Origin: Octopus sinensis
Taxonomy: Eukaryota
Reading direction: 5' to 3'
DNA length: 64,000 bases
Assembly: GCF_006345805.1 (NCBI RefSeq)
Contig: NC_042999.1
Coordinates: 72,292,001-72,356,000, forward strand
Shown here: in pieces, positions 12,476 through 26,015 of the stretch
How the letters are laid out: each line of letters begins with the position of its first letter
Numbering within the stretch: the first letter of the stretch is position 1
Notes under the pieces: generated by a model
Databases searched by the model: none
What the model saw: only the letters and a program-made list of their open reading frames with translations
Told to the model about the DNA's origin: nothing
Made by a program: the position numbers and the translations under genes

Positions 12476-12840
12476 GGCGGCGAGCTGACAGAAACGTTAG
12501 CATGCCGGGCGAAATGCGTAGCCGTATTTCGTCTGCTGTTACGTTCTGAGTCCAAATTCCGCCGAGGTCGACTTTGCCTTTCATCCTGTCGGGGTCGATA
12601 AATTAAGTTCCAGTTTCGCACTTGGGTCGATATAATCGACTTAATCCGTTTGTCTGTCCTTGTTTGTCCTCTCTGTGTTTAGCCCCTTGTGGGTAATAAA
12701 GAAATAAGTATTTCGCCCGTCGCTACGTTCTGAGTTCAAATTCCGCTTTGAGTTCAAATTCCGATTTTGCCCTTCATTCTTTCGGGGTTGATTAAATATG
12801 TACCAGTTGATTACTGGGGGTCGATATAATTGACTTACTC
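12476..12840 (+). mobile_element. tRNA-derived SINE (family B), tandem-like with duplicated B-box block
   Basis: ggcggcgagctgacagaaacgttagc start. gagttcaaattccg appears twice at 12732-12765. Degenerate neighbour at ~12030-12200. Confidence 0.85.
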
Positions 12841-12928
12841 CTACACACACACACACGCTTATATGTATGTATGTATATATGCATGCATTATTTAAAACCG
12901 TTCACACTGTTTTAAATAATATGCATAT

Positions 12929-13040
<112 letters not shown>

Positions 13041-13534
13041 TGTGTGTGTGTGTGTGTCGGGGTCCCGTTAGGGGCCTGCGAAACCTGAAGTAGCACGGAA
13101 CCGAATCAAACGGTTTTAAATAATACATATAACTCCTGCTAAATATGTTGAGTGCACTTTTCTTTCATTTGTCCACTCATTCATATATACATATATATAT
13201 ATATATGTGTGTGTGTGTGCGTGTATGTGTGTGTGTGTGTATGTATATGTATATATATATGCACACATACACACACACACACGCATATAATATATGTACG
13301 TATACATATCTGACACTGACACACTCTTTCTCTCCCACTCTCTCTCTCTCTCTCTCTTTTGCTCGTTCGCTCGCTCCCTCTGACAGTCTATCTGTCTTTC
13401 TCTCTGTCTGTGTGTCTGTCTATCTGTCTGTCTATTTTTCTGTCTCTCTGTCTATTTGTATGTATGTATGTATGTATGTGTGTATGTATGTATGTATGTA
13501 TGTATTATGTATGCATGTACGTATATATGTATTG

Positions 13535-13650
13535 TGTAATTATTCAGTTTATTTCAAGATTTCTTGACAATAAAGAACCGGTTTCGAACATAGATCCAAG
13601 GTTCTTTCATCAGAACTTCAAAATCAATAACAGGCTTATTTTTGTTTGTA
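13535..13650 (-). mobile_element. Isolated 3'-terminal module of the Dong/R4-like LINE, within (TATG)n
   Basis: Reverse complement matches 43325-43432 and 45225-45332 (…gaaatcttgaaataaactgaataat). Flanked by TATG repeats on both sides. Confidence 0.75.
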
Positions 13651-15719
13651 TGTATGTATGCATGTATGTATGTATGTATGAATACAGAAACACATATATT
13701 TGTCAACATGGTCTTTCAAATGTTAAAGCGACAACTTTCGAAATTAGAAAATTTCTTCTTTTTAAAATGATAAATCTCTGTTCATTAAAATTCTCTTAAG
13801 GAAACTCTCCAATAAATATTCGTATTTCTCTATTATATTTTAATAAATTTGCTTTACAATTAGAAATGTCACTTATCTATCGGTCTATCAATGTATCTAC
13901 CTATCTATTACTTTCTACTTATCTATTTATCTGTCTATCTGTCTATCAATCTTTCTACCTATCTATCTTCCTATCTATTTACCTATCTATCTATCTATTT
14001 ATCATTGATTTTAGCCCGGTTTCTTATCCAGTGCACAAGTAATCTAAACGACTCACAGGCGTTGTTCACTTCAGTTTAACTTCATTTAAACATTTCAGAA
14101 AATACTTGAATGCATATTTTCTTACGGTCATTATTATTGAACAGTTTGCCATGAACGAAATACATGTACAAGAGGGTCCCGCAGGAATCTCAATTACGCA
14201 AATGTTAAATCTACTAACTGTATTGCATACAGAAACATTGACTGTCAAAATTTCTTGCTCGTGGTTTGTTGTATATAATGTTACATGTAGAAATAAAAGC
14301 AGTTAAAATCAAATATTTATTTTGATCTGGCATAAAACAATGGGTCATGCACTATTACTAGATAACTTTGAGGGGATTTGCAGCACAGTACCCAAACCTT
14401 ACACAAATTAACAAGAACATGTTTGAAGAAAATCATATAAAAGCGAAGCAATGCTGCAAACACAGAAACATAGAAACACTACTGTGCCCAGAGTTCAAAC
14501 AGATGGTTAGACACTGACCGATCGGATCATAGAAACGGTACAGTTGATTTGGTTTTCATAGAGAGTATATGACTTTCTCAGAAGATGTTGTATCAAGCTC
14601 TGGAGCAAATTAAATAATCGTTGGTATTATAGTGAGTTTAATCCTTTAAGTAGATACTTGTTCCTACTCACTTGTATAGAATTATCTTAAGGTAAATTCG
14701 GGAATAACCTACATCGAAGATATACAGAGTTTTTGTGATCAAGTTGTAAATGTGTGACGAAATACTCACACACAAGATATTTACTGTTATCACAAAATAA
14801 TAGTAAAATGTGTCTTTAACATTTATACATATATCAAATGTGAAATTAAGTTGATCGTGCGTCAGTTTCGATGATGAATAATCTAGATGTTCGGACAACT
14901 GAGTTGTATCATAGTGTAAAAGAGTGATTATTTCAGATATTTGTATCCTCAAAGTATTCTCCGGACAAACATAATAAGTGACAAGTGTGGACTTTTAAAT
15001 TATATCCATTCTTCATCTAACGGGCTTCCATACGGTTTCCATCTATCCAGTTTCACTCACAAGGCGGGAATCGGCTTGAAATTGTGGTAAAATGCATTTC
15101 CCCAAAATGCCACGCAAATTCTTCATTGCTAAACCAACTTTATAACTACATTGCCATGCTTGCGTACATACTAAATGTGGAAAAAGATGGCGTAACTATT
15201 TTTCTCACTTCAAACCATTTTATATTTAAACCAAGACGATACTCTGTTATTATAAACCCAAGGAAATTCGTTCTTTGAGACTGTATGAAACTGGCAAAAA
15301 GTTATTGAAATTAAATTTATTCATACTTAAACCACTTTATAGCTTAACAGCTTCCATAACAATTATCTTGTATTACTCTAAAAATACTTATCACAGATAA
15401 TAATTTTTATTCCATGTCTTGTGATATTAGTCGGTTGTTTTTTCTGTGAAGTCATCTAAATGCAACCAAAAGATGCCATAAACATGATGCGATAAACATG
15501 TAAACGAACTAAACTACTTTTATCATTACCATCACTAAGTTCTCATATAGCATCGTATAAAATTTGATCCGTCGGAGTCTACGGTAAAATATATACAACT
15601 ATAGCTTTAAATCCTAATTTGAAAATAATTTTTCTCGTTTCTCTAAGCTAAGAATAACTCCATTATTAAAGCTTATTGACGATCTCATTGATGACCATAT
15701 AAAAATATATATAATAATA

Positions 15720-17320
15720 CATTTTGGACTACCAATAGCTGTATGTATGAGGCTGCATTAAGTCTGAAAGAACACCTAAAGTTACTCGCAGTGAGCCTGA
15801 TAGAAACCTAGGAAGATAAGGAAATGGGAAAATCTCTACAACCTGTCGTTGAATCGATCATTTAGGTATCAGTGTAAAGAGCAAGGTAAATAAGTTCACA
15901 GCACATCAACGACTTCTTTGGAAAAATTGACTAAAATAGAAATACTACACCTCAGACTGTAATGATAAAAATAACTATCATGAATACAAGAATACAAGAC
16001 ATTAAGTGAAATATCGTGGCATTCTGTCGGTTACGACGACGTGGGTTCCAGTTGATCCGATCAACGGAACAGCCTGCTCGTGAAATTACCGTGTAAGTGG
16101 CTGAGCACTCCACAGACACATGTCTCCTTAACGTAGTTCTCGGGGAGATTCAGCGTGACACAATGTGGGACGAGGCTGGCCCTTTGAAATACAGCTACAA
16201 TAGGAACAGGAAGAAAGAGTGAGAGAAAGTTGTGGTGAAAGAGTACAACAAGGGTCGCCACCACCCCCTGCTTTACATTGTGAAGCTTTCGGTATTTTCG
16301 CTCAATAAACACTCACAACGCCCGGTCTGGAAATCGAAACTGCGATCCCACGACAGCGAGTCCGCTGCCCTAACCATTGGGCTATTGCGCCTCTGCTATT
16401 GAGTGAAATACCTCGTTATCGTAGGGAAAAACAACTTCAACGAACCAACATTAACTACATGTTTATTTTTAATCTACAAGCTGTATACCAGAGAATGAAA
16501 AATATACACCATCTTCATAAAAACATTTCCTTCTCAGGAAGATTTTAAATAATTTTATGAAAGTTATGGAAAAACACGATTTCAATGGGAACACATTAGA
16601 GCCAGATACAAATAAGAACCTGTATCAACATCAGCAGTAAAACTGATGTAGTCAAGTTTAAAACTTTAAGTAAAGCTGAAGAAAATCTGTATAATGGGAT
16701 GGCGACAGAAAGGAACTTAGTTGAGAAGTTGTGCAAGATGCTGACATCTTACACAAAGTCACTGATATGTAAATTTATAATAAGAACTATGGAAAGTCAG
16801 ATTGACATATTAAATTGGTTAGTTATATCACGGATAAATCTTGTAGCTGAGGATGAAAGCATTGACTTTGCAGAAAACTATAGTCGCATTGATTATCTTA
16901 ACATCGTGTATTAACTTTTACACAAGTTATCTCAACCAGGTTTAAAGATAAGAGTCAAAGTAAGTGTAACGAATGTTAAAAAATTCATTGCAAGCTGTAC
17001 AAGACAGTAAATTGATTAATCAGGAGAGTAAAATATGAGAGTTGGTAACACACTTCTTTTCACCTGGCTGCCGGACAGCTTTCGATTAATAACGCTGCGC
17101 TGCCTGAAGGAAAAAAAGGACATTGCAAAATCTTGTGGCTGTAGGATTCGATTACAGGAAGACTTTCAATCTGAACCACCTATCACGGTTACTGGAGTCA
17201 CTACACCTGCCAAGGGTACTAGCTACTCTAACTGTTGTTACTGAAAGGCTAACAAAAGTTTGGTTCACAATCCTCACAGTTAACTCACACATTGCTGAAG
17301 GCAAAATTAAATGTCTCTGA
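15720..17320 (+). mobile_element. Degenerate Dong/R4-clade LINE RT region interrupted by a SINE
   Basis: Translated pieces LTSYTKSL...MESQIDILNWLVISRINLVAEDESIDFAENY and LVAVGFDYRKTFN resemble N-terminal RT motifs (ENYRPI; AWIDYxKAFD). Many stops. Confidence 0.7.
16010..16395 (-). mobile_element. tRNA-derived SINE (family C)
   Basis: Reverse head: caatggttagggcagcggactcgctgtcgtgggatcgcagtttcgatttccagaccgggcgttgtgag. Related copy at 29712. Confidence 0.85.
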
Positions 17321-17329
17321 TTACTCTCT

Positions 17330-17528
17330 CTCTTACTTGTTTCAGTCAGTTGACTGCGACCATGCTGGAACACCACCTTTAGTCGAACAAATTGACCCCA
17401 GGACTTATTCTTTGTAAGCCTAGTACGTATTCTATCAGTCTCTCTTGCTGAACCGCTAAGTTACGGGGACTTAAATACACCACCATCGGTTGTCAAGCGA
17501 TGGTGGGGGAACAGACACAGACACACAA

Positions 17529-17603
<75 letters not shown>

Positions 17604-17770
17604 ATATATATACGGCGGACCTCTTTCAGTTTCCATCCACCAAATCCACTCACAAGACTTTGGTCGGCCAGAGGCTATAGTAGAAGACACTTGCCCAAGG
17701 TACCACGCAGTGGGAATGAACCCGGAATCATGTAGTTGGTAAGCAAGCTACTTACCACACAGCCGTTCCT
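17330..17770 (-). mobile_element. tRNA-derived SINE (family A)
   Basis: Complete head-microsatellite-tail layout in reverse. Confidence 0.88.
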
Positions 17771-18773
17771 GCGTCTATTATATAAATATTTCAAAGAGAA
17801 CGAACAGATATTCTGTCTGTTCACTTTATGTTAGCATTAATCTACTACCATTTATTTCGTAAAATTCCAGTAGCTGTGAATCATGACGTGTGACAGCAAA
17901 CGCCATCAATATAAACCTTTATGTGGACGATTTAAAGTTCTACACAGGAAATATTTACAATATTGAGAAACAGCTAGATTTAGTAAAATTCCAAAATGTG
18001 GATATGTGGTTAAGAATTTCATTTGGCAAGCGCGTGGTTTCGAGTTCATTCCCTCTGCCCGGCACCTTGGGCAAGCATCTACTAAATATCCGTACCGATC
18101 AACGACTTGTGAATGAATGTCGTAGACAGAAACTCGGTGGAAACCCGTGATATATATGAGAGAGAGCACGTATGTATTTGTGCGTGTGTATGTCTCTCGA
18201 TGTGTATGCGTGTGTGTGTGTGTCTGAGTGTGTTTATGTGTGTGTTTGTGTTTACGCAAACAAACGTACAAATTTTTAAATGTACAAATCCCATAGAAGA
18301 CTTGCTTTAATTGCATTAGTACAATACTCATTATGCTCATGTTTTTTTCTTGAATGATTTATTTTTCATTTACATTTTATTTATTTGGCATTAATATTCA
18401 TAAGTTCATAGCAATGATGGTATTTTTCTCTTCTTCATGGCCTACATTTTGCATTATATTAGTTCCATTGACAGATGTGCAGTATATTTGTTTGAATTTA
18501 TAATTTACATATTTTGCTGCGAGTATGTATTCTGAGATTTCAGACATTTGACCGTTACTGCCAAAGTTTAACAATACAATACCAATGGATTATATGGGAA
18601 TTAGTGGAGTTCTAGAAAGTAAGGCATCACTAGACTATTAAACTTTAAATATCCAAAACAATAACATTAGCAAAAATACATTCATAGCCTCTCCGGCCAC
18701 GTGAGTGAATATAGTTAAATGAATGTGATTGGAAAAGCAATCACCATATGGTATGAGCGCGTGCGTGTGTGTG

Positions 18774-18845
<72 letters not shown>

Positions 18846-19044
18846 AATGCATGAATGTATGCCTGTGTATATGTACATATATATTTTTTAGATCCTGGTT
18901 GTTGCCCGGCTCTTAGGTAGTATTGTTTGCTGCAAACAGCACTCTTGTTTTTCCTTATACTAAACACTCTTGTTAGCACTCATGTTTTTCGCTCGAACGA
19001 ACTTTAGTGCGATTTTTTAATCCTAAGAAGGCATCCCTTCTAGC

Positions 19045-19384
19045 TGTTTAACACTGCACAACTGCATCCGATATACTATGAGATGGGGAATCGAACCCTT
19101 TCCAGATTCTAGCGACGGGACCAACACATAGTAATTCGAACAACTACCATTACGGCAACTTACGGGTTCGGTGCGAGTTCAGTTCGCATTAACACACCGG
19201 GTTTGGCGTGAGTTCAATGTAAAACTAACACACCCAACTCTTACGACTCCTACCGAACGTCTCTGAACCAATACGCTATCCTTTACAAGAGTTCGGCTAG
19301 TCCATTCTTCCAATTCCCCAGGATGTCACTGACTCTCGCCACATCACCCCCTTTGAGATTGACTTTCGTTGGAAGTTAATATTA

Positions 19385-19419
<35 letters not shown>

Positions 19420-20345
19420 TTCTTTCATCACATCTCCCTTTTGAGATTTTCCTTCCAGGGAAGTTTAATATTTCTTCCGTTTAGGCACTACTTCCAACTG
19501 TTCTGTTAGCTTCCTCTTTCTTGTGCCACTACGCATAGGTTCGATTTCTTCTGACGTTGGAACATCAAAGGTGTCATAGAACACTTCTATGCGTATATCT
19601 TTTCTTTTTTCCGTATAACTATTTTTAAGCTGGTTTAAATTTCTTGTGTGTTCCCATGTTCACCTCTTATGTATCTGAAAGCGATCTTTTTCTTCAGTCT
19701 TATCAGCGTCATGTCTTACATTTATAATCCCCAGGCATTCTTCATCCACTGTCGGTAGATTTAATTTTTGGTCCCGTTCTAATTTTGTTAATATGCGGAA
19801 ACGTATATCAGCATCTTTTCTAGCAGTAACCCGTAAACAACAATTAGACATTTGAACAAATCCGAGGTTAATTCATTTAATTTGAAGTTTCACAATTTCT
19901 GTTAACGACCCGAGAATAGGTGACGAAATCTTCATCGTCATTTTTAACTAAATTTAAACACTGCCAACAAGTATTGAATAAGGAACTTCTTTCCCTGAAA
20001 ATTTTCGATAAAAATTGAATGTTTCATTGAAACAAATCCCACCTGGTTCCTTCGGTAGAATATAATTACAGCATTTTTCGAGTTCGACAGGGGATAACTT
20101 TCTTAAAAGTAGTTGCACCTTCTTTTCGTCATTCCAGTTTTTGGATTTTTCTTTGAAGATTTCTTCGAATCTTCTAAAGTATGCAGAAAAAGTAGTTCCT
20201 TCTTCTGGGTTGTAAATAAATTCTCCAATTGACGTTGCTACGCCGTCTGACGAGAATGAACCTGAAGTTATTTCAGGCTTCTTCAACATTACTTCCAATA
20301 ACTGTTGATATTGTTGTTGTTGCTGTTGTAGTTAGTGGTGTAACT
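19045..20345 (-). mobile_element. Internally deleted K02A2.6-type Gypsy LTR retrotransposon (gag, pol C-terminus, PPT, 3' LTR)
   Basis: gag-like SIGEFIYNPEEGTTFSAYFRRFEEIF...KVQLLLRKL and TARKDADIRFRILTKLERD. Pol tail FYDTFDVPT...RKRKLTEQLEVVPKRKKY*. PPT aaagggggtga then TGT at 19343. Distal LTR end uncertain. Confidence 0.8.
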
Positions 20346-20794
20346 GAACCACGCAAGCTTCCATGTTAATGATTTTTTCTTTGATTTGAAAAATCAGCAA
20401 AAACACCAAAATGAAAAAGACAAATGAAAATATACGAAAAAAAAACGATTAACTACGTACCAATGGTTTCACTTGTTAATATCTACGTATACAAACACGC
20501 AGATATCCGCAAGATCGTCAGCGTACGTAGGTAATCGATTTTTTTATTTCGTATAGTTTCATTTGTCTTGTTCATTTTTACATTTTGACGTTTTTGCTGA
20601 GATTTTTTTGGAGAACACATTCTTCGTGGTAATGGCGATTTGACGTCTATGTTTAGCATATTAGGTGTCCACTTTAGTGGTCATTCCTCTTAATTTTGTA
20701 TGTAATACAATTTTTAATCTTCGGATTTTTTAAATATGCAAAGCCATTGCTTTTAATTTATTAATATCAATTTCTACCTTTATTATTTAATTTC

Positions 20795-20832
<38 letters not shown>

Positions 20833-21927
20833 CATATACATATATTGCATATAATATTTAGTTTCATCAGTGTATTATTATAATTACGTTTCTTACAATT
20901 TCTATGGCACATTGTATTGATTCCATATATATTTAACTCCTTAACAGCTAACAGTCTTATTTTACTTACGTCTTTCCCTCGCCTCTCTACCATAACCACA
21001 CAACCTCCGTTCTGTGTTCTTTTATTTACTGACATCCACTTAGCTTATCTTTCTCACTGCTGCCTCTATTCATTTCATTTTGAATTAGTATTCTTTTTTC
21101 CTATTTCTCCCCTCATCTCTATTTCTACTCCACATTTATACGCTCTAAGTACAAACTGTAGACACAAGGTTTTGAATGTTCTCTTTAGTTAGTGAAATCA
21201 TTTTTTTTTTACTCTTCGTCTCTAATCATACCTTAACTCCATTTATTAATGTACTTTCACTCAATCACCCTTCACACGCCTTTATCGATCTTTCTTTATA
21301 TTTAAAAATATTTTATGCATAGTGTCATTGAATAGAACCATTTAAGGAACCTTGCATTGTAGAATATATATCAGCAGCTACTCAAATTAGTCCTTTAATT
21401 CATGATCGTTCTTTCTACTTATATTTTTAAGATACATATAATTATGTATACTATATACTAATATATACTAAATACTATGATATATACGTGAATATATATT
21501 TATACATATGCCTAAGTTCCTTTCAAAGAATTGGAAAATTCCTTCAATAACCTGCCAATATTTTTTCCAGTCTAATAATGTCAGGTATAAGCGAAATAAT
21601 TCAGTTGCCCTTTTACATATTTCTGAAGACTTTTTTGTTTTTCGTTTAACCTTCCATGCTTTCTATAAGCTTCCTACTCGGTTTCTCGCGTTTCTTCTAT
21701 CATTCAAATTTAGTTCGTTATGCTACGTGGTTTGTGCCTGATGACTGCGTTGAGATGTTACACATGTTGTAATTCACTATTTGTCATGTTCTCAGCATAA
21801 GAAAGTATTAGTAGCACATAAAACTATGTATTGTGTGTATTAAATAATATTTAACTCTCACCAGACGGAGTACATTTTTGTTGATCTTGCCATTACGGAA
21901 CAGTACATTATATATATATATATATAC

Positions 21928-22100
21928 GGAGGCCCCCTTCTGTCACGAATAACCATGGGATTGCACCTGGAAAGTTACCCTCCGATGCACAAGTCCGGGC
22001 AAAGTCGTTTATGGAAGACTAACAGTTGCCCATGCATACCAGCCCCCTCTCCACGCCACCGATGTCATTCAAGGGAAAGGCAAAAGGCCGATACTGCTTG
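21928..22100 (-). mobile_element. SINE 3' fragment (family D)
   Basis: GC-rich block ccatgggattgcacctggaaagttaccctccga...ccagcccctctccacgccaccgatg between (TA)n runs, recognised as a common repeat. Confidence 0.6.
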
Positions 22101-22116
22101 CTGACTCCAATTTTAC

Positions 22117-22154
<38 letters not shown>

Positions 22155-22160
<6 letters not shown>

Positions 22161-22879
22161 TTAGCTGCTATTTCTACTAAGTTCAGTATGTGGCAAAGTA
22201 ATTTATTTTACTAAGCCCTAATTATATAATGTAATATTTTGAATTCGCCTTAAATGGTCCTTTTACATACTGAACACTTGGTGAAATTGATTAATTAATT
22301 TTACCCTCAATTGTTGATATTATAATTCATTTCTCTCGGTCATACTGCCTCGGTTCTCGCGGTTAAAATATAATGTTTGCTAGATAGACCACGTGGGTGG
22401 AATGGGGAGTGCAGAATTTTACGCCTGCGCATTTTGAATTTGTTGACACTGTTAGTTGGAGTGGTTCATCTGAAGCGACAAGTTCGCTGATAGGTAAAGT
22501 TCCTTCTTTTTAGTGTTTCCAAATCCAAATTAAGAAATTTTGAGCTGACGAAAGAAATGCTGATTTTATTTGGCTAATCTTCAAACGTTGACGTACTCAA
22601 ACGATCTATGTACTTGTGATATTTTTCTGTATTTACCCCCAAACCTTCGTGAGCTGTCTGGAGTAAACATTATCTGAGAGAAATTTTCTTTAAGTAGTAG
22701 AAATGCTAAGAAAATTTTTTTTGGCTGCTATTTCTACTAAGTTCAGTATGTGGCAAAGTAATTTATTTTACTAAGCCCTAATTATATAATGTAATATTTT
22801 GAATTCGCCTTAAATGGTCCTTTTACATACTGAACACTTGGTGAAATTGATTAATTAATTTTACCCTCAATTGTTGATG

Positions 22880-22880
<1 letters not shown>
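22155..22880 (+). mobile_element. ~560-bp HHR-bearing non-coding unit in partial tandem (1.3 units) within (TA)n
   Basis: tt(a/g)gctgctatttctactaa at 22161 and 22721 (period 560), giving ~165-bp direct terminal repeats. (TA)n on both flanks. Related to the units at 61141-63150. Confidence 0.8.
22539..22601 (+). ncRNA. Type I hammerhead ribozyme motif with G12C core mutation
   Basis: Stem I tttgag/ctcaaa, core CTGACGA, stem II aaga/tctt, CAAA in place of GAAA, stem III A-cg-ttga-cg-T, cleavage triplet GUA. Confidence 0.7.
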
Positions 22881-22920
<40 letters not shown>

Positions 22921-23029
22921 ACAGAGATTTACTTGTATAGTAAGTGACTTGACCTGAGATCGTGTGCTGAAACAAAAACAATTACAGCGTGGAAGGTGCT
23001 TATAGGCCATTTAAAAACACATAAGAACC

Positions 23030-23290
23030 GTTAGATTCACTTCAACATTTAAATTTAATTTGCCAAAATAGTTTCGTCGCTTTGAAACCGTGACTTGTTC
23101 ACTTGTTCACTGGCAAAATTCTGCAGAACTACGTTGCTTGGAAACAATTGTAGTGATTAAAAAATAAATGTCTAACCATACTCCTTCTTGTTGATGCAAC
23201 ACGGAATTTTGTCAGTGAACATGTCGCAGTTTCAAAGCAACGAAAATATTTTGGCAAATTAAATTTTGACGTTGAAGTGAATGTAACGAT
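23030..23290. repeat. Imperfect inverted repeat (arms ~100 bp)
   Basis: gttagattcacttcaac...ttcgtcgctttgaaacc...gttcactggcaaaatt pairs with aattttgtcagtgaac...gtttcaaagcaacgaa...gttgaagtgaatgtaac. Confidence 0.8.
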
Positions 23291-23349
23291 GTTTGTGTGT
23301 TTTTAAATGGCTTATAAACACTTCCACACTGCAATTGTATTTATGTGTG

Positions 23350-23394
<45 letters not shown>

Positions 23395-23450
23395 TTATTT
23401 ATTTATTCATATATATATATATATATATTTATATATATTATATATATATG

Positions 23451-23494
<44 letters not shown>

Positions 23495-23786
23495 GGTGTG
23501 TATTTGCATGTGTAAAAATGAAATTGAAGAGGATTTTCGATATATGTGTGAAATCTAATCCTTCACTTGTATCCTTGATAGCAAATAATGCATATAAATA
23601 GAGTAGTGGTTCCTTTATGGATGTTGCCAGTAAATTTCGTATGAGAAGACATAACTTATTACTGCTAGATTTTTCTGTACAGCTGTCATAAAGATTTTAT
23701 TTATACGCTTCTTATCCTTATGGCACAGTAAAGTCTGCAAGATTGATTTCAGGTTTCGCTTGCGCAAATCCTTGTATTGCACTTAC

Positions 23787-23933
23787 AAGTGACCTTTACT
23801 TCTCCATCGAAATGCCAATTCGCTATATTTCAAGTCATTACGATTATCGCCAATGTCCTTAAGATTGCCATATTGACGTTTTAATGCCATCAAAATCTTT
23901 ATTGGCACGGGAAAGCGAACGTCAAAAAGATGC
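23787..23933 (-). CDS. Candidate internal coding exon (HLFDVRFPVPIKILMALKRQYGNLKDIGDNRNDLKYSELAFRWRSKGH), product unknown
   Basis: atgacag acceptor and TT|gtaagt donor. 147 nt, phase 2-2, open frame with stops just outside both ends. Confidence 0.35.
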
Positions 23934-24443
23934 CTGTCATATTAAATACGTCCATATTATAGTTTCACACCAGCCATTTGAGGGTGAAGATTCTACACAA
24001 ACAGCACATGTAAAAGGTGTGAAGTTTATGTTCTTGTTAAGAGTATGCTGTCATGGTTTCCTTGCTTTACAAATGTCTGCTTAGAACTTGACATTGGCAT
24101 ATCTTCTGAATTGTTTCTGCGGATATTTCCAAAGTTAGTCTTGATAGAGTAGTAACAACTTTACTCATGGGCTTCTAGAATTCTCCACCTAGGAACAGGC
24201 TGTCAGTAACAGCTGGTCCAGCATACTGAAAGTCATGTTTTATCATAATCAAAGGGAGCTGGAGGTCCTTGTCATATGGTTTTGGTTCTCTTGAGTTTGT
24301 TTGTGTGACTTAATATGTAGCCAGCTCTCCAAGAATCTGTCCACTAAGTCTTGCAAGCATTCTGTAGGAAATTTAGCTGCAGCATCAGTAAACAGCATGT
24401 AACCTTTTTTATCGTAGATTTCATTTTAGATTTCATTTTTTAG

Positions 24444-24507
24444 GTAGAAATAATGACTCGAATATGTGTTTTAAAACGGAGCAAAGGAGATGCCAAAAAG
24501 CTCCTAG
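24444..24507 (+). other. Candidate small exon
   Basis: ttcattttttag acceptor and CTAG|gtgagt donor. 64 nt, two open frames, no recognisable homology. Confidence 0.25.
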
Positions 24508-25762
24508 GTGAGTATACATTCTTGTCAAGCGTTCGCTCCTTACTCCGATCACTTTGAATATAGAACAGAGTTCATTTTATTTTAGGTTCATAAAGGTTAA
24601 ATACAGCTGCTGATTCTATTCCTAGCTCTTAAAAAAACTAGTACAGTGAAAATAGCACACCATTAGTAGGCCTTTTGACGCAGAGGACACATTAGAACTC
24701 AGACCCAGGATATATTTGATAGTTTCTCAAAATTTTGCAAACCTATTCGGAAAGATATTTTATCGACGATATACTTTGCAATTACATCCGGTGTCTTTAT
24801 TCCCAGCACGACAATTTGGTATTATAGCTAGTCAAAACCACATCTTTTTCTCAATAATGACTGAGGTTTATGTAGGGTGTTCAAGTACTCACTCTACACT
24901 CACCTGCCCTACCTTTAATTGTGTGCTCTTCTCAACTTCCACCCAACATATTTTCAATGGTTCATTTTACACACTTTCAGCGTAATTCGCTTAGACCTCA
25001 CTTCCCTACACACATTCCTTCTAATGACTCCCTAATTTGCATAACTTTTTAGTCCGTAACAATTCTACCCTTCTTAACAATGCAACCTCGATCTTTTCAT
25101 CCCTCCTGAACCCGGTGTAATACACGCCTCTACAACTACATCAATACTACACTTTTTGGAGTCAATCAACGTTGCTTCTTTATCATAACCATTTTTCCTG
25201 CACCACTAGAAATACCATTTACTGTCAGTTCTGTGATATCTTTGATATTAAGTAAGTCGTGGGTTAGCGGATCGTAACGCCGAAAAATGTACGTGACATC
25301 CGATTATGCAACACCACATCACATATCGGTCACCTTTTCAACAGACCAGTACACGCTTTTCCCTCCCGTCAGCCTGGATCTTCTGCTTCTATGCATCGCA
25401 ATGAAGAGCACCCCATCTTCCGACTCGTCTGTTTCTTCCTATCAGGGATGAATAACGTGGTTAAGTTCACACCACTTGCAATACATTCCACCCTCCCACA
25501 TCGCAACAAGCCATACAGCGTCAATCTTATACTCATACCTAACACATCACATGCAGTCTTCTATACATATACACATACACTGGCATATGGGTATAACATC
25601 TAGTATGAAAGTATTCCGCATTAAATACACTTTGTTATATACACGCACTACGCATGCACATACATGCACACTGGCATCGTAAGCTTCAGATGTCTCTTTT
25701 CCTTCCTCGTTCGATCTTTCTCTCCCATGTTCTCTTTCTTCTCGTCTTCCCCTTCTTTTGCA

Positions 25763-25807
<45 letters not shown>

Positions 25808-25926
25808 CCACTTACCCGTACTATGGCTCAAATTGTGTCTCTCTCTCTGGTCCTCCTATCATTTTCCCGACGTCCATTTTACACTATATCTGCCATGTAA
25901 ACACAGATCCATAATTTAGAAACGTA

Positions 25927-26005
<79 letters not shown>

Positions 26006-26015
26006 TGTGTGTGTG

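Noticed and set aside
25819-25892. Minus-strand exon candidate with gtaagt donor
   Set aside because: Stops in all three frames. Flanked by microsatellites.
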